DNA from: a plasmid
Sequence record: NZ_AP023324.1
Strand: one strand, 5' to 3'
DNA length: 64,000 bases
Of this stretch, positions 52,532 to 63,895 are shown one piece after another (the first letter of the stretch is position 1; every line of letters begins with the position of its first letter). The notes under the pieces were generated by a model. The model did no database searches. It saw only the letters and a list, made by a program, of their open reading frames with translations, and had not been told where the DNA came from. Made by a program: the position numbers and the translations under genes.

Positions 52532-55044
52532 ATGGTCGGCGGTTGTCCGGGACTGGCGATACCAACAGGGGCGATGGCGCAGGCCGATCCCGGCGAACAG
52601 GCACCCTCTGCGGAAGTCACCGTCACCGGCAAGCGCATTCCCGGCTCCATCATCGGCGCGGTCGAGCCGGTCGCGGTGCTCGATGCCGAGGCGATTGCGG
52701 CGCTGGGCGCGCCCAGTCTGGCCGAGTTGCTCAAGCGCGTGAAATCGCTGACCAGTTCGGCGAGCGGGGGCGAGCCGGTGATGCTGCTCAACGGGCGGCG
52801 CATATCGGGCTTCGCCGAGTTCCAGAACCTGCCCTATGAGGCGATGGAGCGGATCGAGGTGCTGCCCGAGCAGGAGGCGGCGCGCTTCGGCTATCCACCG
52901 ACGGTGCGGGTGATGAACTTCATCACCAAGAAGAAATTCCGCGCGGTCACGCTCGGGTCCTGCCCGGCATCGCGACGGACGGAGGCGGTGAGACCAATTA
53001 TGCCGAGTTGACCTCGGCCCGGATCGACGGCCCCGCCGCCTGACCTTCAACCTGTCGCACTTCCGACAGAACCCCGTCCTTCAAAGCGAGCCCGCTGTCG
53101 TGCCCGATCCCGAGACGCTGTTCGCGACGACGGGCAATGTGACGGGCGTGAACGGTGTCAGCCGGACCCCGCGCTCGACCGGCTGGCGGGGCGGGCGGTG
53201 ATCCTATCGGGGGTGCCGGTCGATCCGGCCGCGCGGGCGTCGCTGGCGGCCTATGCGACGACCCCGGTCGCGGTCACCGATCTGGGACCCTATCGCACCC
53301 TGATCCCGCGCACCGACACCATCCATGCCGAAACCGGTATCGCCAGCCCGCTCGGCAAGTCCCTGTCGGGATCGCTGACCCTGTCGATGGAGGCGAGCCA
53401 GAATCGCGGGCTGAACGGACTGGCACCGGCCGTACTGGGGGTGCCCGGCGGGGCGGGGGCGCTGCCCTTCGCCAATGATGCGCTGCTCTATCGCTATCTG
53501 CCCGCAAGCGTGCTGCACCAGCGGACGACCAGCATGGCGCTGCATGCGGGCGGCACGCTTCTGGGTGATGTCCGCCGCTGGAGCTGGGCGGTGACGGGCA
53601 ATTACGACCGGCTGGTCTCGCGGAACAGTTCGGAGACGGGCGTGCCGTTGGGGGCGCTTCAGGCGGCGATCGATGCGGGCGGCGATCCCATGGCGCCGAT
53701 CGATCCGGCGATCGCGGCGCAGCGCCTTGTCAACCGCAGCCGTGCGACCTCCGACACGCTGGGGATCAAGGCGACCGCCAATGGCCCCATCGTCCGCCTG
53801 CCCGCCGGCGAGGCGCAACTGACCGTTACCACCGATTACAGCCGCATCGACAGCCAGGCACGCTCGAACCTCGCGCTCGCGGACCCCGGCGTCGGACGCA
53901 CCATGCGCGGGGCCAGCGTCAATGCGACGGTGCCGATCGCCTCGGCGCGCGAAGGCTCGCTGCCCTTTCTGGGCGAGATGCAGCTCAGCGGCATGGCGGG
54001 GGTGTCGCAGGTGTCCGACTTCGGCCGGCTCAGCACCTCCAATCTCGGGCTGACCTGGTCGCCCGTCCGCCCGGTCCAGCTCAACGCCTCGGTCAATGTC
54101 GCGCAGACCGCACCCGCCGTCACCCAGTTGGTCGCGCCGGTGCTGACCACGCCCAACACGCCCTTTTTCGACTATGTGACCGGGCGCAGCACACTGGTCA
54201 CCACCATCATGGGCGGTAATCCCGATCTGGCGCCCGAACGGCGTCGGATCACGACGCTCGGCATCGCGCTCCAGCCGATCCGGGACAAGGATATCCGGCT
54301 GAGCGTCGATTATCTCGACACGCGGATCGACAACCGGGCGGCCTCCTTGGGCGGGGCCACTCCGGCGTTTCAACGCGTTTTCCCCGACCTGTTCCGCCGC
54401 GACGCGCTCGGCCAGTTGATCAGCGTCGATCTGCGCCCGGTGAACCTGGCGTTCGAGCGTGAGCGCAAGCTGCGCATGACGGTCGATCTGCAGGCGACCC
54501 CAAGGCAAGGCCCCCCCCGGCCGCCCCCTCGCCCCCGATGCGGCCAAGACCGCGCCCCCGCCCCGCCCGCCCAAGCCGCGATTGCAGATGCGGATGTCGG
54601 CGACGACCAATTACCGGCTGGAGGATCGGCTGACCCTGCGCGAAGGCGGGGCGGTCCTCGATCTGCTCGACGGTGCGACGCTCAGCGGCACCGGCGGGCG
54701 ACCGCGCTGGGATGTCGAACTGAACGGCTCGGTCAATTACGGGATCGCCAATCTGGGAATGTATGGCCGGGTCCAAGGGCCGACCCGCATCCGCAGCGAC
54801 ATCGCCGCCTCCGACCTGCAGTTCTCGGGGCGGACCTGGCTGGTCCTCTACAGCTTTCTGGACACGCACAAGATCGTGGACAAGCCCGACCAAGGGCCTG
54901 ATGATCCATTTCACGATCGAGAACCTGCTCAACGATCGGATCAACGTCACCGATCGTAACGGCCAGACGCCGAACCGCTTCCAGCCGGCGCTGATCGACC
55001 CGGTGGGCCGATCGATCCGGATCGGGGTGCGCAAGCTGTTCTGA
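52532..55044 (+). CDS. TonB-dependent outer-membrane receptor, several frameshifts
   Basis: Signal peptide …AIPTGAMAQA. Plug domain (…EVTVTGKRIPGS…LAELLKRVKSLT…LLNGRRISGF…ERIEVL). Barrel fragments in three frames. C-terminus …RIGVRKLF (terminal Phe). Confidence 0.7.
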
Positions 55045-55161
55045 ATTGGGGTGGTAGGACGCCGATTCCTGCCGATCGCAACGGTTCGGACGCGCGCGAC
55101 AAGGGGGGTGGTGAGAGGATGGTCAAAATCGGACGTCCCAATGACTGCTATTCTATCACAC

Positions 55162-58053
55162 CTACATTTCCAGACCGAAGTCCCGCGACCGTCCCCGCCC
55201 CGATGGTCCATCAAGCGACAGATGTTTTTCTGGCACCTGTTTGACCACGTCGAGCGCTGAGGTCTTGTCGCCGGTATTGCGGGTGACATGCCTTTCGACC
55301 CTCCGCCCGTCGTCGACCACCAGCGCCACCTTGTCCGCCACGCGGGTGAGCGCGACGAGAAACGAGCGCTCGGTCAGCAGCTTTTGCTCCGACGAGCGCA
55401 TCGCCACGATGCCGTGCTCGGTCGTGACCCCCTGTGCGACATGGACGTTGATCGCATAGGCAAGGTCCAGCCGTTCGGCCATGCGGTCGCCGGACGCGAT
55501 CTCATGCACGGTGCCGTCGATGAGCGAGGACACGACCAGCCTGCCCCGCCCCACTTCCTCGACCCGCGCCATCGCACCGTTATCAAGCCCGCGGATCCGG
55601 TCGTTGTCGCTCCAGCGGATACGGTCGCCGACGTGCAGCTCGATCTGCTTCAATGCGAAGATCGACACGGCATCGCGGTCGAGGTTTTTGGCTAACCGAT
55701 CGGGCCGGAGTAGCTTCTCGGTCCCGTCCGCCATGCCGAGCCGAACCCGGTCGCCCTCCACGCCGGTCACGACCCCGCGTTCGCCACGGGTCAGGCCTTG
55801 GCTGGTCAGGTTGGTGCGGATCTCAACCACATGGCCAGGCCGGTAGGCGCGCATCAGCCGCGCGCCTTCCACGTGGCGTTGACCCGGTCGAGCACGGTAA
55901 ACGCCGTGCCCGTGGCAGCGATCTCGCCGCTCGCCTTCAACTCGGCCTGCACCGCCTGGTTGGCCTCGCTGCGCATGGCGCGGCCGGCGGTCAGCAGGAG
56001 GGTGGCGTCACGCTGGCTTTGCGGCAACGCGGCCCAGTGCTCCGCAGCCGTCGTCGCCACCGCGTTCCCCGGCACCTCGGTCGTGGCCGCCCTGAGTATC
56101 TCGAACGTACCCGACACATCGCCGCGGTCGAGCGCGGCGGTGACTGCCTTCATCTGATCCGACCGGGAACGCAGGTTCTCGATGATATGGGCCGTGGCGA
56201 CGCCAGCCTGCTGGCTCGCCTCGAACGGCTTGCCGGCCGCGATCGCGGTCAGCTGACGGGTGTCGCCGGTCTGCACGACACGCGCGACGCCGGTGATGTT
56301 GGCAAGCCGCACGATCCGCTCCATGTCGCGCGTCCCGAGCTGTCCGGCCTCCTCGACCATGACGATCGCACCCGACAGCTCCGCCTTCACGCGCGCGACC
56401 TGTTCCAGTCGGGCCGTGCCGTCGATCACGCGGGCATGACGCGCCAGGAAGCGGGCCACCGTGCTCACGTCCGCGCCGGTGTCGCGCCCGAACTCGCTCG
56501 CCTTCACGCTGGCGATGGCGAGCCCGATTACCGCCCGTCCTTCTGCCCTCGTTACCGCCGTCACCGGCGCCATCGCGGTCGACTTGCCGCGTCCCGAGCC
56601 GCCCTGCACGTTGACCACACGGTCGGACGAGGACAGCATCAGCACGGCCGCGGCCTCCTGACCCGGGTTGAGGCGATGCAGCCCCAGCTCGCGTGCCGCC
56701 TCCTGCGCCCGGATCGCGGCATCGACCGGCGGAACAATCGGGGCGGACTGCCCCTTTCCCGCCTCGACACTGGCAAGGTACGCCTGCTCCAACCGCACCG
56801 ACCCTTGCGTCGTCACCATGCGATCGCCGTCGCCGAGCAACAGGCCTTTTGCCTCCAGCAGCGCCAGCCGGGCTTCGACATCGGCGACCGTTACCGGCCC
56901 GCCACGCGACAGGCTCTCGCGGATGAGCTCGAGCCGGTCGAACGCCGCCTCCCGCTCGCCGAGATCGCGCACCGCGGACGCGACCGCCTGCGCCGCAGCA
57001 TAGGCGCGCGGCTCCAGTCGTCCCAGTCGCTCAGGGACTAGCGGGTCGCCGTCGCGCGGGGTCAGCCCCATGCGTCCGGCGATGGCAAGACCGCGCTCGC
57101 CTATTCCGCGCACGCCCCGCACCGTGCGCGTCCATACATCATGCCCCGTCCTGCCTCCGCCAGCGCACCCTTCACCAGTGCTGCCGGATCCAGCCCCTTC
57201 TCCGCGGCCAGCCGCCGCCACCCTTCCGCGCGCTGCTCCGGGGCGAGATCGGGCGACTTAGGGTCGCGGGTCGCCAGCGCCGCATATTCGCGCGTCTGCG
57301 GGGTGTTCTCCAATCCGCGCGCCTTGATGTACGTGTCGATCTCGGCCGAGCGGACGGAGAATGCTTCCACCACCGCGCGCGACACGCCGGCGATCTCGAA
57401 GGCGCCGTTGCGACCGTCGTGCCGGGGGATGGTGGCAAAGCCGAGCGTCTCGACCCGGCTGCGCAGCGCGGACAGGAACACCGCGTCCATGACGTGCTGG
57501 CGCTCGTACAGCTGGTCCGCGTGCAGCGCCCGCCACTGGCCGTCGGCGGTACGAGTCGCGTTGGCGATGACGTTATGGACGTGGAGCTGCGGCTCACCGC
57601 TGCGGTTCACGTCGTGAAGGAAAGTTGCGGCGACGAACCGGCCGGTCACCTCGGGCACGGCCCCTGCCGTTCCAGACCCGCCCTTCCGCAATGTTGCGCT
57701 CCGTCGGTGAGGGTCGCGGCTGCTGCCTCGCGCACCGCGGCCACCAGCCGTGCGTCCCCGCCCACGAGCGCCAGGATCGACACCGACTTGGGCACGGACA
57801 TGGTGATGTCCCAACCTGCCCGGTGTTCACCTCGTTTGGCGTCCAACACGACGCCGTTGGGGAGTTCGCCGGCCAGCACCTGTTCGAACCGCTCGGCATC
57901 GACCGGCCCGGACAGACCCAGCTCTGCGGCACCCTCGCCTGCCAGGGCACTGACCCCTTCTGCTTGATCGGCGGTATAATAATTGTCGCGAGCGTAATAG
58001 GTAGCTGCGTCGGAGGCCGAACCGACCGCCGCAACCGAGATCACTGTTTGCCC
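55162..58053 (-). CDS. traA: MobF-family conjugative relaxase/helicase (TrwC/TraA-like), frameshifted (four ORF fragments)
   Basis: N-terminal relaxase motifs …AVGSASDAATYYARDNYYT… and …HDVNRSGEPQLHVHNVIAN (HxDxxR…H-x-H). Central RecD-like helicase …VNVQGGSGRGKST… C-terminal domain in ORF 55162..55872. GTG start near 58053. Confidence 0.75.
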
Positions 58054-58835
58054 TGTGGCGTACCGGGTGTCGCCCGGACAGTGACCTTGCTTGCCTTCCC
58101 TTCGAACTGCGTCCGGCAGCTGTCGGTCGCCAGCCGGTAGTTCACCAGCGCGCAGACCGCTTGGTCTCCGCCGCCTAGCAGATAATTGGCCGAGCGAACG
58201 GCAAGCCACGATGGCGGCAGCGCCATCGCTGCGAAGAAGTAGCTGGAGACGGAGAGCATGCAGATGACTGCCAGCGCCGCACATACCTTGCGGCCTGACA
58301 ATTCCCTGTCCCAGATGATGTAGCTGACGTTTGTCCGGGGCTGTCGCTCGAGGCTTCTGATGGCGGCGGTATTCTCTCGTAATAGCTCGCTATGGTCGCG
58401 CTGCCGCTCGTCGATGGCGTCCAGACGGGGCTGCCTGTCGATCCGCTCGGCAAGCAGTAGCATCTCCGCCCTGATCGGATTCAAGCTTGCGGTGATACGT
58501 TCCGGCATGCCCTTGATGAATTCGGCTCGGACCCGCGTCAGCGCCAGCTGATCCTCACGCTCGAGCTTGTGCATGTCGCTCTCATGGGCTGCCCAGCTTT
58601 GGGCGATGCGGTCGATCTCCATGACCGCCTTGTCCAGCGGCGCCGAAGGCGACGACGTCACCGGGCCCCAGTTGCTCGGGCCGGTCGAATACGGCCCGCC
58701 CCTCCCGCCACCCATCGAGACATTCCCGAACGAACGATTTGGCGGGGTCGCGCGCTCGACGCCGCGCTCGTTCGCGCAACGGGTGAGATCCGCATCGTCG
58801 TCGTCCCCGAGCCGCACATTGACCTGACCGCCCAT
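58041..58835 (-). CDS. hypothetical coiled-coil/TM protein encoded immediately upstream of (overlapping) the relaxase gene
   Basis: 264 aa, central coiled coil (…LEREDQLALTRVRAEFIKG…LLAERIDRQPRLDAIDERQRDHSELLREN…), single C-terminal TM helix. Operonic with the relaxase. Confidence 0.4.
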   Translation of the reverse strand: MGGQVNVRLGDDDDADLTRCANERGVERATPPNRSFGNVSMGGGRGGPYSTGPSNWGPVTSSPSAPLDKAVMEIDRIAQSWAAHESDMHKLEREDQLALTRVRAEFIKGMPERITASLNPIRAEMLLLAERIDRQPRLDAIDERQRDHSELLRENTAAIRSLERQPRTNVSYIIWDRELSGRKVCAALAVICMLSVSSYFFAAMALPPSWLAVRSANYLLGGGDQAVCALVNYRLATDSCRTQFEGKASKVTVRATPGTPQGKQ

Positions 58836-58965
58836 GAAATCTTTGTCCCTCTGTTCGGCAAAATTCCGGCGAAATGCTGGTCGCTGGCACCACTATCGTG
58901 TCATGATAACATATTGGTATGATAGAGCCATAGCATGTAGGATTAAGCAAGTTGATGACGACGTG

Positions 58966-59387
58966 AGCGATCCATCTACCATCGGCGAGCGGATCAGGGC
59001 GGTACGGCTGAGAACCGGATTAGGACAGGAGGCGTTCGCCAAGGCGCTGGGCTATTCAAGCGCGCGCTGGTCAGCTGGGAACTGGGCGGGGCCGAGCCAC
59101 CAGTTGCCCTGATGGGGAAGCTCCGCCGCGATTATGACGTCGATCCCGAATGGGTGATCTTGGGCGAGGACACTGTGCCTCGGAGCTACTATGGCCCTGT
59201 CGACTGGGACCGGCTCGATCGCCTGCGCAGCGACGTGGACGCCGTTTGCAGGGATGTAGGGCTAAAGCTGCCTGACGAACGCAGTCAGGCGCTCGCACGC
59301 GTACTATACGACGGGGGGGCGGACGCGGGCGCCGCCAATCGCAAGCAGCTGCGCGGCACGTTGCTCGCCTTGTCGCTGGGGGACTGA
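58966..59387 (+). CDS. XRE-family HTH transcriptional regulator (frameshift near 59075), GTG start
   Basis: …IGERIRAVRLRTGLGQEAFAKALGYS… is a canonical XRE HTH. The rest reads …KRALVSWELGGAEPPVALMGKLRRDYDVDPEWVILGED… in the alternate frame. Confidence 0.55.
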
Positions 59388-59389
59388 AG

Positions 59390-59722
59390 ATGAGCGGACC
59401 TTCGAAGGAGCAGCTAGCGGCTTGGACGGCCGATACCAAACGCGTCGGGTTCGCGCGGCGCAACTGGCCCGTCGTGCGCCGATTGGCGGGGCTGACCGTC
59501 GCACTGTTGCTGGCAGGCGGGCGTCAGTCTGCTGGATTACCCCCCTGTCCTGACAGCGGCTTGCTGGGTGGCGGCGGCCATCGCCGGCATGGCCATGCTC
59601 GTCTGGTTCTTCGATCCCCGCCGCTTCAAACAACGGCCGCCCGGCACGTTCTGATCGCGCTGGCGCAAGCATACAGCAGGGTTCGATACCAGCCGGTTCT
59701 GGCGCCCCGGTCTTATCCATGA
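59390..59722 (+). CDS. small hypothetical membrane protein, start 3 bp after the XRE stop
   Basis: MSGPSKEQLAAWTADTKRVGFARRNWPVVRRLAGLTVALLLAGG… has one TM helix. The 3' part is probably frameshifted. Confidence 0.25.
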   Translation: MSGPSKEQLAAWTADTKRVGFARRNWPVVRRLAGLTVALLLAGGRQSAGLPPCPDSGLLGGGGHRRHGHARLVLRSPPLQTTAARHVLIALAQAYSRVRYQPVLAPRSYP

Positions 59723-59826
59723 CGCTTGCCGAGAGATGGGCCGTGTCTCCAAGGGGCGGTGCACGGGCCGCATGCCTGCGACCCTCAGGCGCCGTACAGC
59801 CCGATGAAGCATAGTCTCCGTAGCGC

Positions 59827-59896
59827 TGTAGCAGCCTTGTAGCACGTCAGAAGGCAGCTTTCGTGAAAGCTGTAGCACGATCGATATTCTGCTACA
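59827..59896. promoter_or_regulatory. repeat-rich intergenic region: three direct TGTAGCA repeats, one inverted TGCTACA, and a perfect hairpin CAGCTTTC-GT-GAAAGCTG
   Basis: TGTAGCA at 59827-33, 59838-44 and 59871-77. TGCTACA at 59890-96. Inverted repeat with 8-bp arms at 59854-59871. Candidate oriT or operator cluster about 1.8 kb from the relaxase gene. Confidence 0.4.
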
Positions 59897-60145
59897 GTCA
59901 TGATAAATCGTGGTTTTTCGATCCGTGCGCGACCGCTATCCATAGCGTGGTGTGTGCCCCTTCCCTGCACGATCCGGACGCTTGCCGTATCAATACCGTG
60001 ATGCTCCGGCATTCATTCCGGCTTCCGGCGGGGCACCCAGACCGGCTTGTCAGCCGGATAGTGGACTCGTGGTCATTCTACTTGGATTGCGCCATCCATG
60101 GCGCAGGACAGCAGGTTCAATGCGAGCTGCTGTAGATACTGCCCG

Positions 60146-60981
60146 TTACCGGTTCTGCTGCAACCAGTATCCTCTCGGCGGCACGACGCTGCCGCGCCGG
60201 GCGCGCTGCTCTTCGCCGATCCGAGAATCTCCGTCTCCGGGCTCTGAACCCAAGGCAGGTTCGGGTTTCTCCATCACCTGGACCCCTTCGGCACGTAGTG
60301 CCGCCTCCTTGCGTCTGGCACGCTCCTGCTGGACCGCAATGGTCATGTCGGACCTCACAAGGACGTAATCGGGCTCGTACCGATGCTGGCGCATCAGCTC
60401 AGCGAGCGCGCGGACGGCGAGGTCGTCACCGACCACGGCATGAACCGCGCGTAGCCAGCGGGGCGAGGCGTAACGGTGCTTCAGCGTCCAGAGTATCCGC
60501 CCTATCTCAGTGCCGAGCAGCATAATCCAGAGGATGACCATGCCTTGCCCGAGCACGAGCGGCCGGTCCCGATCACCTTGGCGATACCGATCGTCGCTAT
60601 CAGCATCGGTAGAACGGCCATGAGGCTGATCCCGTAGGGGATGATGCTTAGTTGGCTCACCTCCCATCGTGCGACCAATCGGTCAGCCACAGGGATATGC
60701 TTGGCCACGCAGGGACCATGGCTGCTCGCTGACCAGCTATCGTTATGCTGAAAATGGTTATGGGCCCCGCTGTCCCGGCGATCGTCGTGCTGCCAGTCAC
60801 ACTGGCAATCATTCGGCCGGGTGGAGCCATAGGGATTGCCGGCGACGTCGGGTGTCTCCGCCCCGGCGATCGTCGGCAATCCGGTCGCCGGATTGATGTC
60901 CATGCCGTCGCTGCCGATCCCCGGGTTATCCGGCATTGTCCTGTCTTCGAACCAGATGGCAATGCGCTCGAACAGTCTCAT
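60146..60981 (-). CDS. hypothetical membrane protein with His/Cys/Asp-rich N-terminal region (frameshift near 60545)
   Basis: N-terminus …NDCQCDWQHDDRRDSGAHNHFQHNDSWSASSHGPCVAKH… (potential metal ligands). Two central TM helices (…ISLMAVLPMLIATIGIAKVIG… / …MVILWIMLLGTEIGRILW…). The C-terminal ~120 aa is predicted cytoplasmic. Confidence 0.4.
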
Positions 60982-61008
60982 GTCAGCACTCCCGATCGGC
61001 TGTTCACA

Positions 61009-61031
61009 CGATATACGTTTTTCGTATATCG
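61009..61031. promoter_or_regulatory. perfect palindrome CGATATACG-TTTTT-CGTATATCG in divergent promoter region; candidate XRE operator
   Basis: 9-bp arms, 5-bp AT spacer. 28 bp upstream of the minus-strand gene start (60981) and ~37 bp upstream of the XRE GTG start (61068). Confidence 0.5.
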
Positions 61032-61067
61032 CTCAAGCCGGTCTAGACACTTCGGGGTGCCCATCTC

Positions 61068-61305
61068 CCATGCCCCATCTGACCTGCACGCCCGCATCGT
61101 TGCTGCGCTGACCGTGGCGCGGCGGGGCGCCGGGCTTCGTCAGGTCGACCTCGCGAAACGGCTCGGATGGCAGCAGGCTTATGTATCGCGCTACGAGACC
61201 GGCGAGCGTCAGTTGAGCGTCGACGATTATATCGCAGTTTCCTTGGCGATCGGGGTTGATCCGGTGGCATTGCTCGGCGAGCTTCTCTCCGAAAGCCGGT
61301 CGTGA
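61068..61305 (+). CDS. XRE-family HTH transcriptional regulator (short, GTG start)
   Basis: …LHARIVAALTVARRGAGLRQVDLAKRLGWQQAYVSRYETGERQLSVDDYIAVSLAIGVDPVALLGELL is a Cro/C1-type HTH. Confidence 0.6.
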
Positions 61306-61555
61306 TCTCTGTGTAGGCCGCTTGTCGATGCGATGTGCGGGCGGCTTGAACATATCCCGCCATCGTTTGGTAAACCAACAAACGCCTTCACTATGGCGGC
61401 GCGACGTTGCGGCTCTGGAGCAGGCAAGATAGGTGTTGTACCGGTACACGCGTTAGCGCGTCCCGGTACAACACGGTCCTTACTTGTCTCCGGCTCGACA
61501 GTATCTTCGCTCTGCGAGGCGGACGGCCGCTGCCCCCATGGGGAGCAGAAGGCGG

Positions 61556-62720
61556 TCAATCCGAGCCAAAAATGTCCCGCGTGAACAGCTTGTCCGCGAC
61601 ATCGGCCAGTTCGGGGTCGTTGCGGTTGGCGATGATGACGTCGCTTTCCTGCTTAAAGGCAGCGATGTCGCGATAGACCTTCGAGCCGAAGAAGCTGTCC
61701 TCGCCAGGCTGGGCTCGAAGACGACGACCTCGATCCCCTTGGCCTTGATCCGCTTCATGATGCCCTGGATCGAGGACTGGCGAAAATTGTCCGATCCCGC
61801 CTTCATCGTCAGGCGGAAGATGCCGACCTTTCTGGGGCGCTTGGCGATGATCTGGTCGGCCAGGAAATCCTTGCGGGTGCGGTTGGCGTCGACGATCGCG
61901 CGGATCAGGTTCTGGGGGACGTTGGTGTAGTTGGCGAGCAGCTGCTTGGTGTCCTTGGGCAGGCAATAGCCGCCATAGCCGAAGCTTGGATTGTTATAAT
62001 GGCTGCCGATACGCGGATCGAGGCCGACGCCCTCGATGATCTGGCGCGTGTCCATGTCGCCGGCGATGGCATAGCTGTCGAGTTCGTTGAAGAAGGCGAC
62101 GCGCATCGCGAGATAGGTGTTGGCGAACAGCTTGATCGCCTCGGCCTCGCGGCTGCCGGTGAACAGGACCGGGATGTCGGTCTTCTCGGCGCCTGGGCGA
62201 GCAGGTCGGCGAAGATGCGCGCGCGCTCCGACTGTTCGCCGACGATGATCCGTGAGGGATGGAGATTGTCGTGCAGCGCGCGGCCCTCGCGCAGGAATTC
62301 GGGGCTGAAGACGACCTGTTGCGTGCCCAGCCGCGCCCGGACATCGTCGATAAAGCCGACCGGGATGGTCGATTTGACGACCACGGTGGCGTCCGGCGCA
62401 TGGGTCTTGGCGAGGGTGATGACCGCCTCGACCGAGGCGGTGTTGAAGCTGTTGGTGTCGATGTCATAATTGGTCGGCGTCGCGACGATGACGTAATCGG
62501 CGCCGGCCAGCGCCGCAGCCGCGTCGGTCGTGGCGGACAGGTTCAGCGTGCGGCCGGTCAGGAAATCCTGCAGTTCGGCATCGATGATCGGCGAGGTCCG
62601 GGCATTGACCATCGTCACCCGCTCGGCCGAGATGTCGACCGCGACGACTTCGTTATGCTGCGCCAGCAAGACGGCGTTCGACAGGCCGACATAGCCAGTG
62701 CCAAAAACGGCAATCTTCAT
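61556..62720 (-). CDS. ugd: UDP-glucose 6-dehydrogenase, two or three frameshifts
   Basis: [20 protein letters not shown] (NAD-binding GxGxxG) …VVKSTIPVG… …GGYCLPKDT (catalytic Cys motif) … C-terminal UDP-binding domain. Confidence 0.8.
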
Positions 62721-62869
62721 TCGTCACATCCCACCAGTCAGGCGTGTCGGCCTTGTGCGGTCCGCATGCCTCAATGGGGGGCGCAGGGCAATTGCGGCTG
62801 CACCGGGACAGAGGGCCGGCATGCCATGCCCCTGTCCCGTTTCGTCACATTGTCGACCTGTCGACAGTC

Positions 62870-63890
62870 CTACAGGCCGAGTGCCTTCACGATCCACGGC
62901 CCAGCTGACATATTTGAAATTCTGGGTGTCCGGCGCATTGTCGCCGTCCTGCGCGACGAACAGGCCCTCGGGGTAATCGGGGCCGAAATCGCCCAGCGCC
63001 AGTTCGATCCCGTCGGTCTCGCTGGTCCCGTCGATCGCCCCTCCGCCGATGCGGAAGCGCCCGGCATAGGTCATGTCGGCCAAGCGATAGAGCGTATAGG
63101 CATTGTCGCCTTGACTGGAGACGACCAGATAGCCGCTGGTCTTCCCCTTGGGCGCCAGCGCCAGCCCTTCGGCATCGGCGACCAGCGTGCGGCCATCGAC
63201 CACGGCGATCGGGGTGGCGGTGGTCGGCGCGGCGGGATCGGCGGCAAAGCGCCACAGCCCGACATCCTCCTCGGCGACGTAGAGCGTGCCCGTACGGTCA
63301 TCGACCACGCAGCCCTCGGCACGGGTACCCAGCCTCATGCTGCGCACCGTCTCGACGCGCGGGGTGGCTCCGGAGACGTCGATGCGAACCTGATCGATCC
63401 GCCCGTCCTTTAGGACGACGAAGCCGAACAGCGCCTTGTCGCTGGCGCGGGTCCACAGGCACATGCCATAGGCCTCGCCCGCCCCCACCGGATAGCGGCC
63501 CATTGGCACCAGCCGGCGCGCCACGGTGTCGAGGTTGAACAGCGCGACATGCGCGTTCGCCGTGTCGGCACGGTCGCTGGCCGCGACGATCACGCGGCCC
63601 CCCGCCATCTCGCGCAGATCGACATTGTTGAGCCGCGCGGCGGGCGTGAAGGACAGGCGCTTGCCCTTCAGGTCATAGACATGGATGCCGACCTGCTTGT
63701 CGGTGCCGATGATCAGGCTGGCGGCGGGATCGGCCCGGTTGCGCCAGATGGCGGGATCGTCCGCCGCGTCCGATGTGCTGTCGACCGGATCGGTCTCGGC
63801 GCTGGCGGCGACGATTGGCGCTGTGACCGGTGTCGCGGCCGGCACGCTGGCGCACCCGGCGAGCAGCAGCGCGGGGAGCGCGGCCCTCAC
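62870..63890 (-). CDS. beta-propeller phytase-like lipoprotein (3-phytase family), frameshift near 3' end
   Basis: Lipoprotein signal MRAALPALLLAGCAS. Repeated …DDPAIW…, …LIIGTDK…, …LYVAEEDVGLWRF…, …VVSSQGDNAYTLYR… propeller blades typical of BPP phytases. Alternate-frame ending …WIVKALGL. Confidence 0.6.
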
Positions 63891-63895
63891 AGCTT

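Noticed and set aside
53204-54610. 468-aa minus-strand ORF inside the TonB-dependent receptor gene
   Set aside because: Antisense to TBDR barrel sequence. Arg/Gly-rich with no domain.
55653-57041. 462-aa plus-strand ORF inside the relaxase gene
   Set aside because: Antisense to the relaxase/helicase, which has strong motif support. Spurious.
59863-60135. 90-aa plus-strand ORF MKAVARSIFCYSHDKS… overlapping the TGTAGCA repeat region
   Set aside because: No RBS, Cys/His-rich low-complexity translation, and its 5' end is built from the repeat sequences themselves. More likely non-coding regulatory DNA.
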